In this document: piece by piece, positions 8,933 to 18,056 of the stretch
How the letters are laid out: each line of letters starts with the position of its first letter
Numbering within the stretch: position 1 is the first letter of the stretch
From: Caldivirga maquilingensis IC-167
GTDB taxonomy: Archaea > Thermoproteota > Thermoprotei > Thermoproteales > Thermocladiaceae
Direction of reading: 5' to 3'
DNA: 32,000 nt
NCBI RefSeq assembly: GCF_000018305.1
Contig: NC_009954.1
Coordinates: 1,230,001 to 1,262,000, forward strand
The notes under the pieces: generated by a model
The model's input: the letters and a program-made list of their open reading frames with translations, nothing else
The model's database searches: none
What the model was told of the DNA's origin: nothing
Program-made: the position numbers and the translations under genes

Positions 8933-9604
8933 CTAAATCCTATTACGCCTTACTTTAACGCCATGGCGTCTAAGTTGCTCCTCCAGTTCACTATATATTA
9001 ACGTTACATTATTAATCAGCGTATTCTTCAACTCAACAGCATCCACATCAGCTATTGGTGGAAGTAAGAAAACCACACTCCCGTGGCTGAGCTTATACAT
9101 ACTCATGAATTCCCCGCTTAACTCATCCATGTTCTCATCCTTAAGATCATCAAGCACATCCCCATACCAGTTAATTAACTTGTTCAACTTACTCATTACA
9201 CTTATGGGTAATATTCCCGTCGTTATGAAGATACCTTCCCCCGGGTGCCTGGGCCATTGGGGTTCTGGTATAATCTTACTCGCATCCCTAAAACCACCGC
9301 TCCTGGTTATGGTAATTACACTGGCCTTAACCTCCCTTGAAAGCACTTCACCTACTGCAGTCATTCTAAGGTATATGTCCTCAAGGTCACTCCCGGGTAG
9401 ATCTAGAATTTGGCTAATTGGGTATACTGCAGTCTCAATTACCACAAGCCTAGGCCAGCTGCAGAGGTTGAGGCATTTGCATAATTTATCCACGAAGTTC
9501 CTTGAATCAGTGTAGTTAACATCACCCTTAGTTAATTTAACGTAATCATCCTTAATTAAACCGGCTACAATTGGTAAAGCCACCATTAGCACTGCCTTAT
9601 CCAC
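8933..9604 (-). CDS. hypothetical protein
   Basis: A 223-aa ORF with a TATA-like gtataaacc about 25 nt upstream on the minus strand. The + strand ORF at 9105-9515 is its low-complexity antisense shadow. I recognise no family. Confidence 0.6.
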   Translation of the reverse strand: MDKAVLMVALPIVAGLIKDDYVKLTKGDVNYTDSRNFVDKLCKCLNLCSWPRLVVIETAVYPISQILDLPGSDLEDIYLRMTAVGEVLSREVKASVITITRSGGFRDASKIIPEPQWPRHPGEGIFITTGILPISVMSKLNKLINWYGDVLDDLKDENMDELSGEFMSMYKLSHGSVVFLLPPIADVDAVELKNTLINNVTLIYSELEEQLRRHGVKVRRNRI

Positions 9605-9702
9605 ATGTTAATGATCAACAGTAGTGTATAAACCTTAATAGTAACTGTGGATAGGTTTTAACTTGAAGTAATGCCTACGCCTCTAAGCCATTGATTAATA
9701 AT

Positions 9703-10017
9703 CTACGTTACTTCAATTTGAGTACTGCAGGAGTACTCATTACCATCCTCATCCCTAGGCTTCCAAACAATCTCGTATTTCCCGCTCTTAACCTGCGCCC
9801 CCTCGTTATTTACCTGAAACCAAGTCACCATTATTGAGGAGGATGGTGGGATTAATACCTGGGGAGGCTCCATGGTGAACACTACTCCTGATGATGAGTC
9901 AAGCACTTGCCATGAACCAATGTAAAGTGCCCTATCACTAATGTTAGTTAGCATAATGTAAACCACTTCCCCAAGTTTAAACTTCCTCCTATCAACCTGA
10001 ACAATGCACTTACCCAT
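9703..10017 (-). CDS. small hypothetical protein (beta-rich, Ig-like by composition)
   Basis: A 104-aa ORF. A TATA box (cttatttaaatat, 10042-10054 on the + strand) sits about 25-37 nt upstream of the start on the minus strand. No motif recognised. Confidence 0.55.
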   Translation of the reverse strand: MGKCIVQVDRRKFKLGEVVYIMLTNISDRALYIGSWQVLDSSSGVVFTMEPPQVLIPPSSSIMVTWFQVNNEGAQVKSGKYEIVWKPRDEDGNEYSCSTQIEVT

Positions 10018-10140
10018 TTTAAATCAAGTAACTCGCTCGACTTATTTAAATATGCAATAAGCCCCTAAGCCTTATTGAGGCATGGGTATTATGTTCATGG
10101 TGCAAAAGTATATATTTAGTGAAGAGGGTGCGGTTGCCTT

Positions 10141-10998
10141 ATGATTAAGGGCACTGTGGTCACGGTGCTTTCATCCAATGAGGCTGAGGCCATTAAGCTG
10201 GCTGAGTTAATGGGTAAGAGGAGTGAGGAGCGTATTTACTATAGGAAGAGGGATGAATTAGTTAAGTCAATTCTCGTACCGCCGGTTAATAGGATTATTG
10301 ATGAGGCAGTGGCGTTATCCATATCCTCAGTCTTCTACCTCAAGGTGCCTAGTGAATTAACCTGGATTGATGGTGAATTAGCCCTATTAGCCGAGGCCTC
10401 GGGGTTAAGGGGAGTGGTGATGCCTGATGATGCCGACGGCTTCAGGAGGGTTTTCAGGGAGTTGAGGATAAGTAACTACGTCTCCGAGTTCACTGAAATT
10501 GACGCTGATGCTGAGGATGTTGGTGTGGTTTACGTGGATAGGGCCTTCAATGTTAAGGGTGTTGGCCTAGTGGTATTGGGCTTTGCGTTAACGCAGGTGA
10601 GTGTTCATGATAAGTTAATGGCATTACCAATGATGAAGGAGGTTGAGGTTAGGAGTATTCAAGTCCTTGATGAGGACCAGGACTCAGTATTACCGGGTAC
10701 TAGGGTTGGGTTAGCCTTGAGGAATGTTAGGCTTGAGGAGATTGAGGGTATTCAAGCCTTAATTAAGCCTGGGGTTAAGTTAACCAGTGAGGTTAAGGAT
10801 TTCGTGAAGCTTAAGTATGCTCATGATGCTGAATTAGTACACGTAATTGCCTGCGGTGTGAGAACCATGGGTAAGGTTAATGAATCAGTGATAAGCCTTA
10901 AGGATAAGCTACCAGTCAACTGCAGGGCATTAATAATCAACGTTAATGCCAAGCCCAAGACACCCAGGATATACGGTTACGCAGACCTTAAGGCCTAA
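10141..10998 (+). CDS. EF-Tu domain-2-containing protein (SelB/aIF2-gamma-like beta-barrel) lacking recognisable GTPase motifs
   Basis: VDRAFNVKGVGLVVLGFALTQVSVHDKLMALP...VEVRSIQVLDEDQDSVLPGTRVGLALRNVRLEEI matches the translation-GTPase domain II pattern. The N-terminal ~130 aa have no GxxxxGK[ST], DxxG or NKxD motif. A TATA box aaaagtatatattt lies about 22 nt upstream of the ATG. Confidence 0.6.
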   Translation: MIKGTVVTVLSSNEAEAIKLAELMGKRSEERIYYRKRDELVKSILVPPVNRIIDEAVALSISSVFYLKVPSELTWIDGELALLAEASGLRGVVMPDDADGFRRVFRELRISNYVSEFTEIDADAEDVGVVYVDRAFNVKGVGLVVLGFALTQVSVHDKLMALPMMKEVEVRSIQVLDEDQDSVLPGTRVGLALRNVRLEEIEGIQALIKPGVKLTSEVKDFVKLKYAHDAELVHVIACGVRTMGKVNESVISLKDKLPVNCRALIINVNAKPKTPRIYGYADLKA

Positions 10999-11040
10999 TC
11001 CCAGTGAAGGGTTTAAATACTCCGATATCGAGTATTACCC

Positions 11041-11580
11041 ATGAGGAGAATGCATCACCACTTGCATCACGGTTACGTCAGTGATGAGGTAATCGACTTA
11101 ATAACCAGTAATACACCTCAGAACGGTGTAGCCGCCGACTTAGGATGCGGTTCAGGTAGATTCTGCCCAATACTACTCAGAAAGGCCAGTAAAGTGTATT
11201 GCGTTGATGTTGATGAGTACGCCATTAAGATGGCTAAGGATTACGTTAAGGATGAGAGGGCTGTTTTCCTAAACGAGGACGCATCATCAACATCAATACC
11301 ATCAGGCACCGTGGACTTAGTGATAATGGTTAATTCATTCCACGACATGGAGGATAAGAGTAAGGTAGCCTCAGAGATAGGTAGGATACTTAAGCCAGGC
11401 GGCTTAGCCATAATAATTGAGTCGAAGCCAGGCCTATCAATACCCGGACCACCACCGTGGATTAGGATGAAGCCTGAGGACGTCCTAAAGTACTTCAATA
11501 GCCAGTACTTCAAGCCAATTGAGGTTAAGGATTTAGGTAACTTCAACGCAATAATAATTAGAAGAACATTAACTAAATAG
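11041..11580 (+). CDS. class I SAM-dependent methyltransferase
   Basis: Motif I is VAADLGCGSGRF, the post-I acidic residue is in VYCVDVD, and LKPGGLAIII forms a motif-III-like block. The N-terminus is His-rich (MRRMHHHLHHG). A TATA box gtttaaatac ends about 21 nt before the ATG. Confidence 0.85.
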   Translation: MRRMHHHLHHGYVSDEVIDLITSNTPQNGVAADLGCGSGRFCPILLRKASKVYCVDVDEYAIKMAKDYVKDERAVFLNEDASSTSIPSGTVDLVIMVNSFHDMEDKSKVASEIGRILKPGGLAIIIESKPGLSIPGPPPWIRMKPEDVLKYFNSQYFKPIEVKDLGNFNAIIIRRTLTK

Positions 11581-11671
11581 TGAAAAACACTCACACACCA
11601 TGAAACCTACCACACAATTGATTACGTATAACCCAGTAGCCACCGCAGCCTACTATTTACCGTATTTAGTC

Positions 11672-11718
11672 GGGGCCGGGCCTAAGCCCCCTTGAGTCAG
11701 CTGGCACCGGCTGACTCA
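11672..11718. other. GC-rich double-hairpin element in a convergent intergenic region (candidate small structured RNA or terminator structure)
   Basis: Hairpin A is GGGGC(11672-76)/GCCCC(11686-90); an alternative fold is GGGC-CTAA-GCCC. Hairpin B is a perfect 9-bp stem, TGAGTCAGC(11693-11701)/GCTGACTCA(11710-11718), with an 8-nt loop. The local GC content is clearly above that of surrounding non-coding DNA. Confidence 0.4.
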
Positions 11719-11740
11719 TGGTTAATGACCCTAATGTGGG

Positions 11741-12301
11741 TTAGGTTAATACCCTTAACCCAGTACTGAAGTTGAAGCTTAAGTTATAGTCTTCACTACT
11801 CTTCTTAACAGTGAACTCAATGTTAACGTCCTTTAACCTACTCATCTTGGCTGATAATTCAGCTAGTAGTTCATTAAGGTCCTCGAAGAGTAATGGGGCG
11901 ATCTTACTCGGTATCTCAATACTCATGGTGAATGATGCTTTGCTAACTTTACCAGTTAATATATCCTTATACTCACTGTAGTAGTAGTGTCTAGCCACCT
12001 GGGGTGGTAGTATTGCGTTGAAGATTCTTATTAATAAGTCAGCCCTCCTGTGGGATAGCATGCTTATCATTAATACGGCTAATGGCTCAGTAATATCCTC
12101 AATGCTAATTAACCTAACATTCCTCTTCTTAGCCTCCTCAACAGCCTCGGGTAGGAATAACTTGGCTGCAACAAAGGATTGATTGACGTATGAGGCCTTA
12201 ACAACATCCTCCCCAGTGGCCACGGCCCTAATGTGGCCCCTTAATTCACTCCCCTCAATCCTGAGCATGAATGAGCCATCCTCATTCAGCTCAAGCAGCA
12301 T
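11741..12301 (-). CDS. hypothetical protein
   Basis: A 186-aa ORF with ordinary composition, divergent from the MFS gene. No family recognised. Confidence 0.6.
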   Translation of the reverse strand: MLLELNEDGSFMLRIEGSELRGHIRAVATGEDVVKASYVNQSFVAAKLFLPEAVEEAKKRNVRLISIEDITEPLAVLMISMLSHRRADLLIRIFNAILPPQVARHYYYSEYKDILTGKVSKASFTMSIEIPSKIAPLLFEDLNELLAELSAKMSRLKDVNIEFTVKKSSEDYNLSFNFSTGLRVLT

Positions 12302-12341
12302 TAGCTTAAAGAGTAATTAAACCCTAATAATGTTTACTCAA

Positions 12342-12367
12342 TTAAACCAGGATATAGTCTGGTTTAA
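12342..12367. promoter_or_regulatory. perfect 9-bp inverted repeat overlapping the MFS-gene TATA box (candidate operator)
   Basis: The sequence is TTAAACCAG-gatatagt-CTGGTTTAA. Its right arm runs into the TATA box tttaaata (12363-12370), which ends 25 nt before ATG 12395. Confidence 0.5.
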
Positions 12368-12394
12368 ATACACCTAGTTTAAAGGTGAAGGTAA

Positions 12395-13606
12395 ATGAAG
12401 TCGTTAACTGAGCGAAGGATTAATTGGATGATGGCCCTAATGCCCTACAGCATCGCCATCGGTCCCCTGGGCACTTTACTAACACTTGAAATAGCGTCAT
12501 TAAAGGGTACTCCAATAGACGTTAGCTACGCCATGTCAGCCGGCTCAGCGGCCGGTGTTGCGGCGCCGTTGATATGGGGTTTTCTACTGGATAGGTACGG
12601 TGGTAGAAGGGTCTTAACCCTAGGCTTCCTTGGGTCAGCCCTATTCATGCTGGCCCTAGCCTACTCATCAAGCATACCTCAGATAGCCCTCTACTATGCA
12701 GCCGCCTCATTATTCTCATCGGCTGTTGGTGTATCGGCAAGCATGATTATTGTGGGTTACTCAAGTAGATCTAAGTGGAGTGAATCTTACTCAAGCCTAA
12801 ACTTCATTAATTCACTGGGTTACCTGATAGGTGACTTAGCCGCTGCGGTTCTTTCAGGTTTCCTAAGCATTAAAACTATAATACTATCCATGGGTTTATT
12901 ATCACTCGCCTCAGTAGCCTTAACCGTATTAACAATGCCCAGGGAGGTAGTTAAGGTTAGTAATACTAGTAATGACCCACCTAAGTCAAAGGGTAGGGTA
13001 ATGGGGTTAGGTGACTTAGTTGACTTAATAATACTGTATTCAGCCCTCATAATATTCTACATTTCATCAGGCATATTCAATACGCTTTACCCATACGGCC
13101 TAAGGGTGGGTGGGTTATCTAAGACGTGGGTTATGGGGGTGATCTCAATGGGCCTGGGGGTTCAGATAATGGGCTTTAAACTAGCACCACGCCTAATAAA
13201 TAGGCTTGGCGGCAACGCTAAGGCTGCCTCAAGTTCATTAATCCTAAGGGGCTTATCCTACTCCCTAATAGGGTTAACATCATCAACACCAGTAACCCTA
13301 ATCGCCACGGGCCTAACCCTATACCCACTGGCCGCTGGGTTAGCATTCTCAACATTCTACACTGCGTCCAATGTAATGATCTTTGAGAGGCTTAAGAATG
13401 GTAAGGAGGGTAGAGGCCTTGGGGTCTACAACGTGGTCACGGGCTCAGCCTACTTAACGGGCTCCCTAACCTCAGGCTACTTAGCTAACTCAATAGGCAT
13501 AGGGCAGAGTTACGTTATAGCTGGGGTGATGTTATGGGGTTCAGCGTACTTATTCAGGCTGATTGATAAGAGTAAGGTTCCTGAATTAACCAAGGTATCC
13601 GCCTAA
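12395..13606 (+). CDS. MFS transporter
   Basis: 403 aa with roughly 12 hydrophobic segments. The loop 2-3 motif LDRYGGRRVL (D-R-x-G-R-R) and the two-halves organisation with a central hydrophilic loop (PREVVKVSNTSNDPPKSKGR) fit the family. Confidence 0.85.
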   Translation: MKSLTERRINWMMALMPYSIAIGPLGTLLTLEIASLKGTPIDVSYAMSAGSAAGVAAPLIWGFLLDRYGGRRVLTLGFLGSALFMLALAYSSSIPQIALYYAAASLFSSAVGVSASMIIVGYSSRSKWSESYSSLNFINSLGYLIGDLAAAVLSGFLSIKTIILSMGLLSLASVALTVLTMPREVVKVSNTSNDPPKSKGRVMGLGDLVDLIILYSALIIFYISSGIFNTLYPYGLRVGGLSKTWVMGVISMGLGVQIMGFKLAPRLINRLGGNAKAASSSLILRGLSYSLIGLTSSTPVTLIATGLTLYPLAAGLAFSTFYTASNVMIFERLKNGKEGRGLGVYNVVTGSAYLTGSLTSGYLANSIGIGQSYVIAGVMLWGSAYLFRLIDKSKVPELTKVSA

Positions 13607-13956
13607 TGATTCCTCGTTCTAAAGCGTGAAGCTTTCAATTACTTAACCCATAATCCAAGTTATGTTTATTACCTAATTCATGTTAAAAATGCTAAATTAC
13701 GAGGAGGATTTAGTAAACACAGGTATTGTACCTCATGATAGGCCTACCAGTATTAGCTTCTATGAAGAATAAGTAAAACCCCACTTGATTGAGGTCCGTT
13801 AAGAATATGTTGAAGATGTATTGATGCTAAGAGGATTAGGAAATGATAATTAACCGTAGCAACTGTAATGCTCCCATGATCTTTAATGACTAGGTGTGGT
13901 TAAGTAATGGTGGAGTTGCATGCTAATGCATTTAAGCCTGTACCTAATCCAGTAAT

Positions 13957-14934
13957 GTGCCTAGGATTGGTGTTACGTTAGGTGACCCGGCTGGGATTGG
14001 TTATGAAATAGTGGCTAAGGCATTATTAAAGCTAAGTAACCCTGAGGTTGAATTAACGTTAATAGGTAACCTGGAGCACTTTAAGAGGGTTTTAGGGATG
14101 CTTAAGATTAGTGATGATGTTCTTAATGGGGTTAGGTTTATTGATATTCCAGGAGGCCCCTTTGAATTCGGTAAGGTTCAGGAGGAGGCTGGTAGGGTTT
14201 CCCTTGAGAGTGTTAGGAGGGGTGTTGAATTAGCCATGGCTGGTGAGATTGATGCCTTAGCCACAGCACCAATTAATAAGGAGGCTTGGATTAAGGCTGG
14301 TTCAAGCTACATAGACCACACTACGTTGCTTCAAGCATTAACAAAGTCCAAGGAATCATTAACAGTCTTCGAGACGAGGAGACTGAGGATACTATTCTTA
14401 ACGAGACACATGCCGTTAGCTGATGCAATTAAGGAGATTAAGGCAGCCAATGTGCTTAATGGCATAATCAACGCAAGCAGGGTACTTAAGGCCCTTGGTG
14501 TTAGGAGGGGGAGGATAGCTGTTGCGGCCTTAAACCCACATGCAGGTGAGGGTGGTTTACTGGGTAGGGAGGAGATTGATGAGATCACCCCAGCGGTTAA
14601 GGAGGCTAGGGTTAAGTACGGTATTGATGCCTACGGCCCAATACCAGCTGACTCAGTCTTCCACCTAGCCGCCCAGGGCCACTATGATATAGTGCTTTCA
14701 CTCTACCATGATCAAGGCCACATCGCAGCTAAGACATATGACTTCAAGAGGACGGTTAGCCTAACCCTGGGTCTACCATTCCTAAGAACATCAGTTGACC
14801 ATGGAACAGCCTTCGATATAGCTGGTAAGGGGATAGCGGATGAAACAAGCATGCTTGAGGCAATCAGGAAGGCAGTAAGGTACGCAAACCAGTATAAGAG
14901 AAGATGGAGAAAAGCCTTCAAGGAGACTAATTGA
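13957..14934 (+). CDS. pdxA: PdxA-family NAD(P)-dependent dehydrogenase (4-hydroxythreonine-4-phosphate dehydrogenase-like)
   Basis: Contains IGVTLGDPAGIGYEI, ATAPINKEA, LNPHAGEGGLLGREE, LYHDQGHIAAK and SVDHGTAFDIAGKGIADE, the characteristic PdxA blocks including the metal-binding His residues. The start is GTG. The physiological substrate is uncertain (see findings). Confidence 0.85.
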   Translation: MPRIGVTLGDPAGIGYEIVAKALLKLSNPEVELTLIGNLEHFKRVLGMLKISDDVLNGVRFIDIPGGPFEFGKVQEEAGRVSLESVRRGVELAMAGEIDALATAPINKEAWIKAGSSYIDHTTLLQALTKSKESLTVFETRRLRILFLTRHMPLADAIKEIKAANVLNGIINASRVLKALGVRRGRIAVAALNPHAGEGGLLGREEIDEITPAVKEARVKYGIDAYGPIPADSVFHLAAQGHYDIVLSLYHDQGHIAAKTYDFKRTVSLTLGLPFLRTSVDHGTAFDIAGKGIADETSMLEAIRKAVRYANQYKRRWRKAFKETN

Positions 14935-15380
14935 TTTTTATAATGAGTGTAATTAAGTAGCTTTAATTTACCTGGAACTAGTCTTAATTCACCTTCCTTT
15001 TAATGTTATTATTACTATGGAATTCATAATCGGCTTAGTTACTGCTATAGTGCTTACAGTCACTGTGCTTAAACTAACACTGTACATGGAGTATAGGCTA
15101 TTATTGAGCATTATTATGCTATTATCAATATTCCATGGACTTGATGCAAAAATAATGCAGATATTGCTAATGGTGAGTATACGTCAGTGTAGTAAAAGGT
15201 AGATTAACTAGAAATCCGCGGGTTTCACCATAGCGCAGGCTTATAATTAATGATGCTTTAGATCAAGTGCTTTTATCTTAATTAATTATGGGTTCATACG
15301 CATTAAATTCGACATTAGCATATTAATAAAATGATCAATGAAAATGTTAATGCAGGTGATGAGGTTGGATGGCTTAATGA

Positions 15381-16862
15381 TTAAGGATTATGTTTTACCA
15401 TTGGGAATGGTATTACTTCCTTAATGGAGTATTGCCCAGTCAGCACCATTACTAGCCTATCAATGCCTATGCCTAATCCACCTGTTGGTGGCATTCCGTA
15501 GCTTAGGGCCAGGACGAAGTCGTAGTCGTAGGGATGCGCCTCCTCGTCACCTCCCTTGAAGCGTTCAGCCTCCTCCTCGAAGAACTTGTGCTGTAGCTGG
15601 GGATCATTAAGCTCAGTGTAGGCGTTGGCCAGCTCCATTCCGGCAATGTATAATTCAAACCTCTCTATTAAGCCTGGCTTAGACCTATGTGGCTTACATA
15701 ATGGTGTAGTCTCCTGTGGGTAATCAGTAATGAAGGTTGGTTGAATTAACTTAGGTGCCACTAATTTATCAAATAGCTTCTCAATCATAAGCCCCCTAAC
15801 GTACTGCCCACCCCTAGGTACCAGCCCATTCTCATTCATTAATCTCCTCAACTCATCATCACTCATTGACTCAACGTTCTTACCCAGCTCATTACTTAAG
15901 GCCTCATACATTGTTAGTCTCCTGAACGGTGTAGTTAACTTAACCTCAACCTTACCTTCACCTATAGGGTACTCCACCATGTCCTTACCAGTAACCTTCA
16001 CTGCCACTTGATGAATCAAATCCTCCGTAAGCCTCATGATATCATTGTAGTCCGCGTAGGCCCAGTATAATTCAAGCATTGTGAATTCCGGGTTATGGTA
16101 AACATCAATGTCCTCATTCCTGAAGACTTTACCAATCTCGTAAACCTTATTGAAACCCCCAATTATGAACCTCTTCAAGTAAAGTTCAAGGCTAATCCTA
16201 AGGTACCAGTCCTCATCAAGGGCATTAACATGAGTCTTAAAGGGCTTAGCCAAGGCACCACCGTAGACTGGTTGAAGTATTGGGGTTTCAACCTCCATGA
16301 ACCCCATTGAATTCAAGAACTCCCTAATGGCTTGAATAATCCTGAACCTGGTTTGAATAATCCTCCTAGCCTCACTATTATAGAGGAAGTCAAGGTACCT
16401 ATGCGTATACCTCCACTCAGTGGTGTATTTACTCCAGTCAGGTGGCTCAAGGAGCGCCTTAGCCAATAATGCGTAATCATGAACCAGTAGCGTTAACTCA
16501 CCCTTAAGCGTGTAGAATAAGTCACCCTCAACCCCAATTACATCACCCCTATCCACATATCTATGAAACTCCTCAAACCTATCCCCAAGCTCATTAACCC
16601 TCAAGTAGAGTTGAAGCCTCTCACCCTCATCGAAAATATCAACGAATGAAGCCTTACCATGCCTCCTAACGTTAGCCACCCTACCCACCGTCCTAATACC
16701 CTTAAGGAATGGATCATGGCTAATAGGGTACTTCTTAGCTAGCTCCCTAATCTGACTTATCGTGTGGGTAATCTCAAATTTATGTGGATACGGGTTAACA
16801 CCCCTACTCCTCAACTCCTCCACGATCCTTAACCTATTCGGGTCCCATTGAGGCTTATACAT
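15381..16862 (-). CDS. lysS: lysyl-tRNA synthetase, class II
   Basis: The N-terminus has [14 protein letters not shown] and an OB-fold. Motif 2 is [28 protein letters not shown]. Motif 3 is [27 protein letters not shown]. Confidence 0.92.
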   Translation of the reverse strand: MYKPQWDPNRLRIVEELRSRGVNPYPHKFEITHTISQIRELAKKYPISHDPFLKGIRTVGRVANVRRHGKASFVDIFDEGERLQLYLRVNELGDRFEEFHRYVDRGDVIGVEGDLFYTLKGELTLLVHDYALLAKALLEPPDWSKYTTEWRYTHRYLDFLYNSEARRIIQTRFRIIQAIREFLNSMGFMEVETPILQPVYGGALAKPFKTHVNALDEDWYLRISLELYLKRFIIGGFNKVYEIGKVFRNEDIDVYHNPEFTMLELYWAYADYNDIMRLTEDLIHQVAVKVTGKDMVEYPIGEGKVEVKLTTPFRRLTMYEALSNELGKNVESMSDDELRRLMNENGLVPRGGQYVRGLMIEKLFDKLVAPKLIQPTFITDYPQETTPLCKPHRSKPGLIERFELYIAGMELANAYTELNDPQLQHKFFEEEAERFKGGDEEAHPYDYDFVLALSYGMPPTGGLGIGIDRLVMVLTGQYSIKEVIPFPMVKHNP

Positions 16863-16953
16863 ACTGATGCGTTAAGTTCAATGCGGATAGTCTTAATAAA
16901 CATTGTACCACATGCAACCCATGGGTAAAGCCCTAAAAGCGCAGTGAAGTATA

Positions 16954-18015
16954 GTGTGTCTGATGCAGGTAATTGATGATGATTTAGTGGATGCATTGAC
17001 AATCCTCGGCTTATCAAGGAAGGAAGCCACTGTATTAGCGTACCTACTCCTTAAGGGTAGTGCCACGGCTAGGGAGATTATGGCTGATTTATCTATTCAC
17101 CAGCCTCAATTATACAATATAATGGTTTCACTTGAGAGGAAGGGTTTCATTAATGTTCAGCAGAGTAAGCCTAAGGTATATGCGCCAATAAGCATGGGGG
17201 TTATAATGGAGATGATTGAGGGTGAGATGCTTAAGCGTAAGCAAGCTGTGGTTAAGGCATTAACATCATTAACCAGGGGTGATAAGGCACGGAACCTACT
17301 ATGGGTTACTAGGGGTATTGATAACGTTATCTATAATTCAGCATCCTTAATCCAAGAGGCCAACAGTGAATTATATGTATCAGCCCCACCAGTGTTATTG
17401 AGTAGGTTACTTAAGTACATGAGTAGCATTGATCCCAAGGTTAAGGCGTATATTTTAGTGTACCCTAGTTTAAATGATGAATTGTTAAATGAATTGAAGG
17501 GTATTAAGAGTGTTGTTGAGGTTAAGGTGAATAGGCTTGGCCCATTCTACTTCATTTCACCAAACGCGGAATCCTGCGTATTCGCATCCAGTAGGGTTAG
17601 TTTACTTAGGGAACCTGAGACATACGGGTACGTGTTTAGAGATAGGACAATGACTCTTCAATTCATTCACGGATTCTTCGATACATGGAGGCGGGCTCAG
17701 ACGGTTTACAGGAGAGGCTTTAAGCCCTCTGACTACCCACTGGTTTTTAACTCACATAGATTCGCCACGTGGGAGATCCTTAAGGCTAAGGAATCTAAGC
17801 TAAGCATTGAGGTTAGGGTTAAGGGCTACTTAACGAGCAGTAATGAGGAGGTTGATGTAACTGGGATACCACTTAACGTAACGATAGATAGTGATATAGT
17901 GAACTTTGAACTATTACCCAGTAACGGCAATAAAGCATTACTCATAGGTGGTACTAACGCCTTAATTGAGGATATTGAATCAGAGTACATTGAAATCAGA
18001 CTTATGAATCAATAA
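16954..18015 (+). CDS. TrmB-family transcriptional regulator (sugar-responsive type with C-terminal effector domain)
   Basis: The N-terminal wHTH is LGLSRKEATVLAYLLLKGSATAREIMADLSIHQPQLYNIMVSLERKGFINV...KPKVYAPIS, followed by a long C-terminal domain. The likely true start is ATG 16963, because the weak TATA ccctaaaagc ends about 23 nt upstream of it. Confidence 0.85.
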   Translation: MCLMQVIDDDLVDALTILGLSRKEATVLAYLLLKGSATAREIMADLSIHQPQLYNIMVSLERKGFINVQQSKPKVYAPISMGVIMEMIEGEMLKRKQAVVKALTSLTRGDKARNLLWVTRGIDNVIYNSASLIQEANSELYVSAPPVLLSRLLKYMSSIDPKVKAYILVYPSLNDELLNELKGIKSVVEVKVNRLGPFYFISPNAESCVFASSRVSLLREPETYGYVFRDRTMTLQFIHGFFDTWRRAQTVYRRGFKPSDYPLVFNSHRFATWEILKAKESKLSIEVRVKGYLTSSNEEVDVTGIPLNVTIDSDIVNFELLPSNGNKALLIGGTNALIEDIESEYIEIRLMNQ

Positions 18016-18056
18016 GTTACATTTGAATCAACTGAACCAGTAATGCTCCTAATTTA

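Noticed and set aside
9105-9515. 136-aa plus-strand ORF overlapping the 223-aa minus-strand ORF.
   Set aside because: It is S/L/P-rich low complexity with no promoter. The minus-strand ORF is longer, has ordinary composition and has a TATA box upstream. This call is made with only moderate certainty.
11241-11594. 117-aa minus-strand ORF.
   Set aside because: It is antisense to the SAM methyltransferase gene, which has clear motif I.
13607-13956. The 350-bp ORF-free region upstream of the PdxA-family gene as a possible ncRNA locus.
   Set aside because: It shows no GC spike, no stable helices beyond a 5-bp TGCAT/ATGCA palindrome near the promoter, and no box motifs. Nothing here goes beyond 'long intergenic region'.
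1763-15380. Search for C/D-box sRNAs (RUGAUGA ... CUGA about 50-60 nt apart) in the larger intergenic regions (1763-1943, 2472-2699, 7033-7266, 8820-8932, 13607-13956, 14935-15380, and also 26469-26588).
   Set aside because: I found isolated C-box-like heptamers (for example the complement of 1913-1919, and GTGATGA near 15355). None had a correctly spaced D or D' box, so I make no supportable call.
15381-16862. Class II (rather than class I) LysRS as an anomaly for an archaeon.
   Set aside because: Many archaea use class I LysRS, but class II enzymes are known in some Crenarchaeota. I cannot recall with certainty which type Thermoproteales carry, so I do not flag it as unusual.
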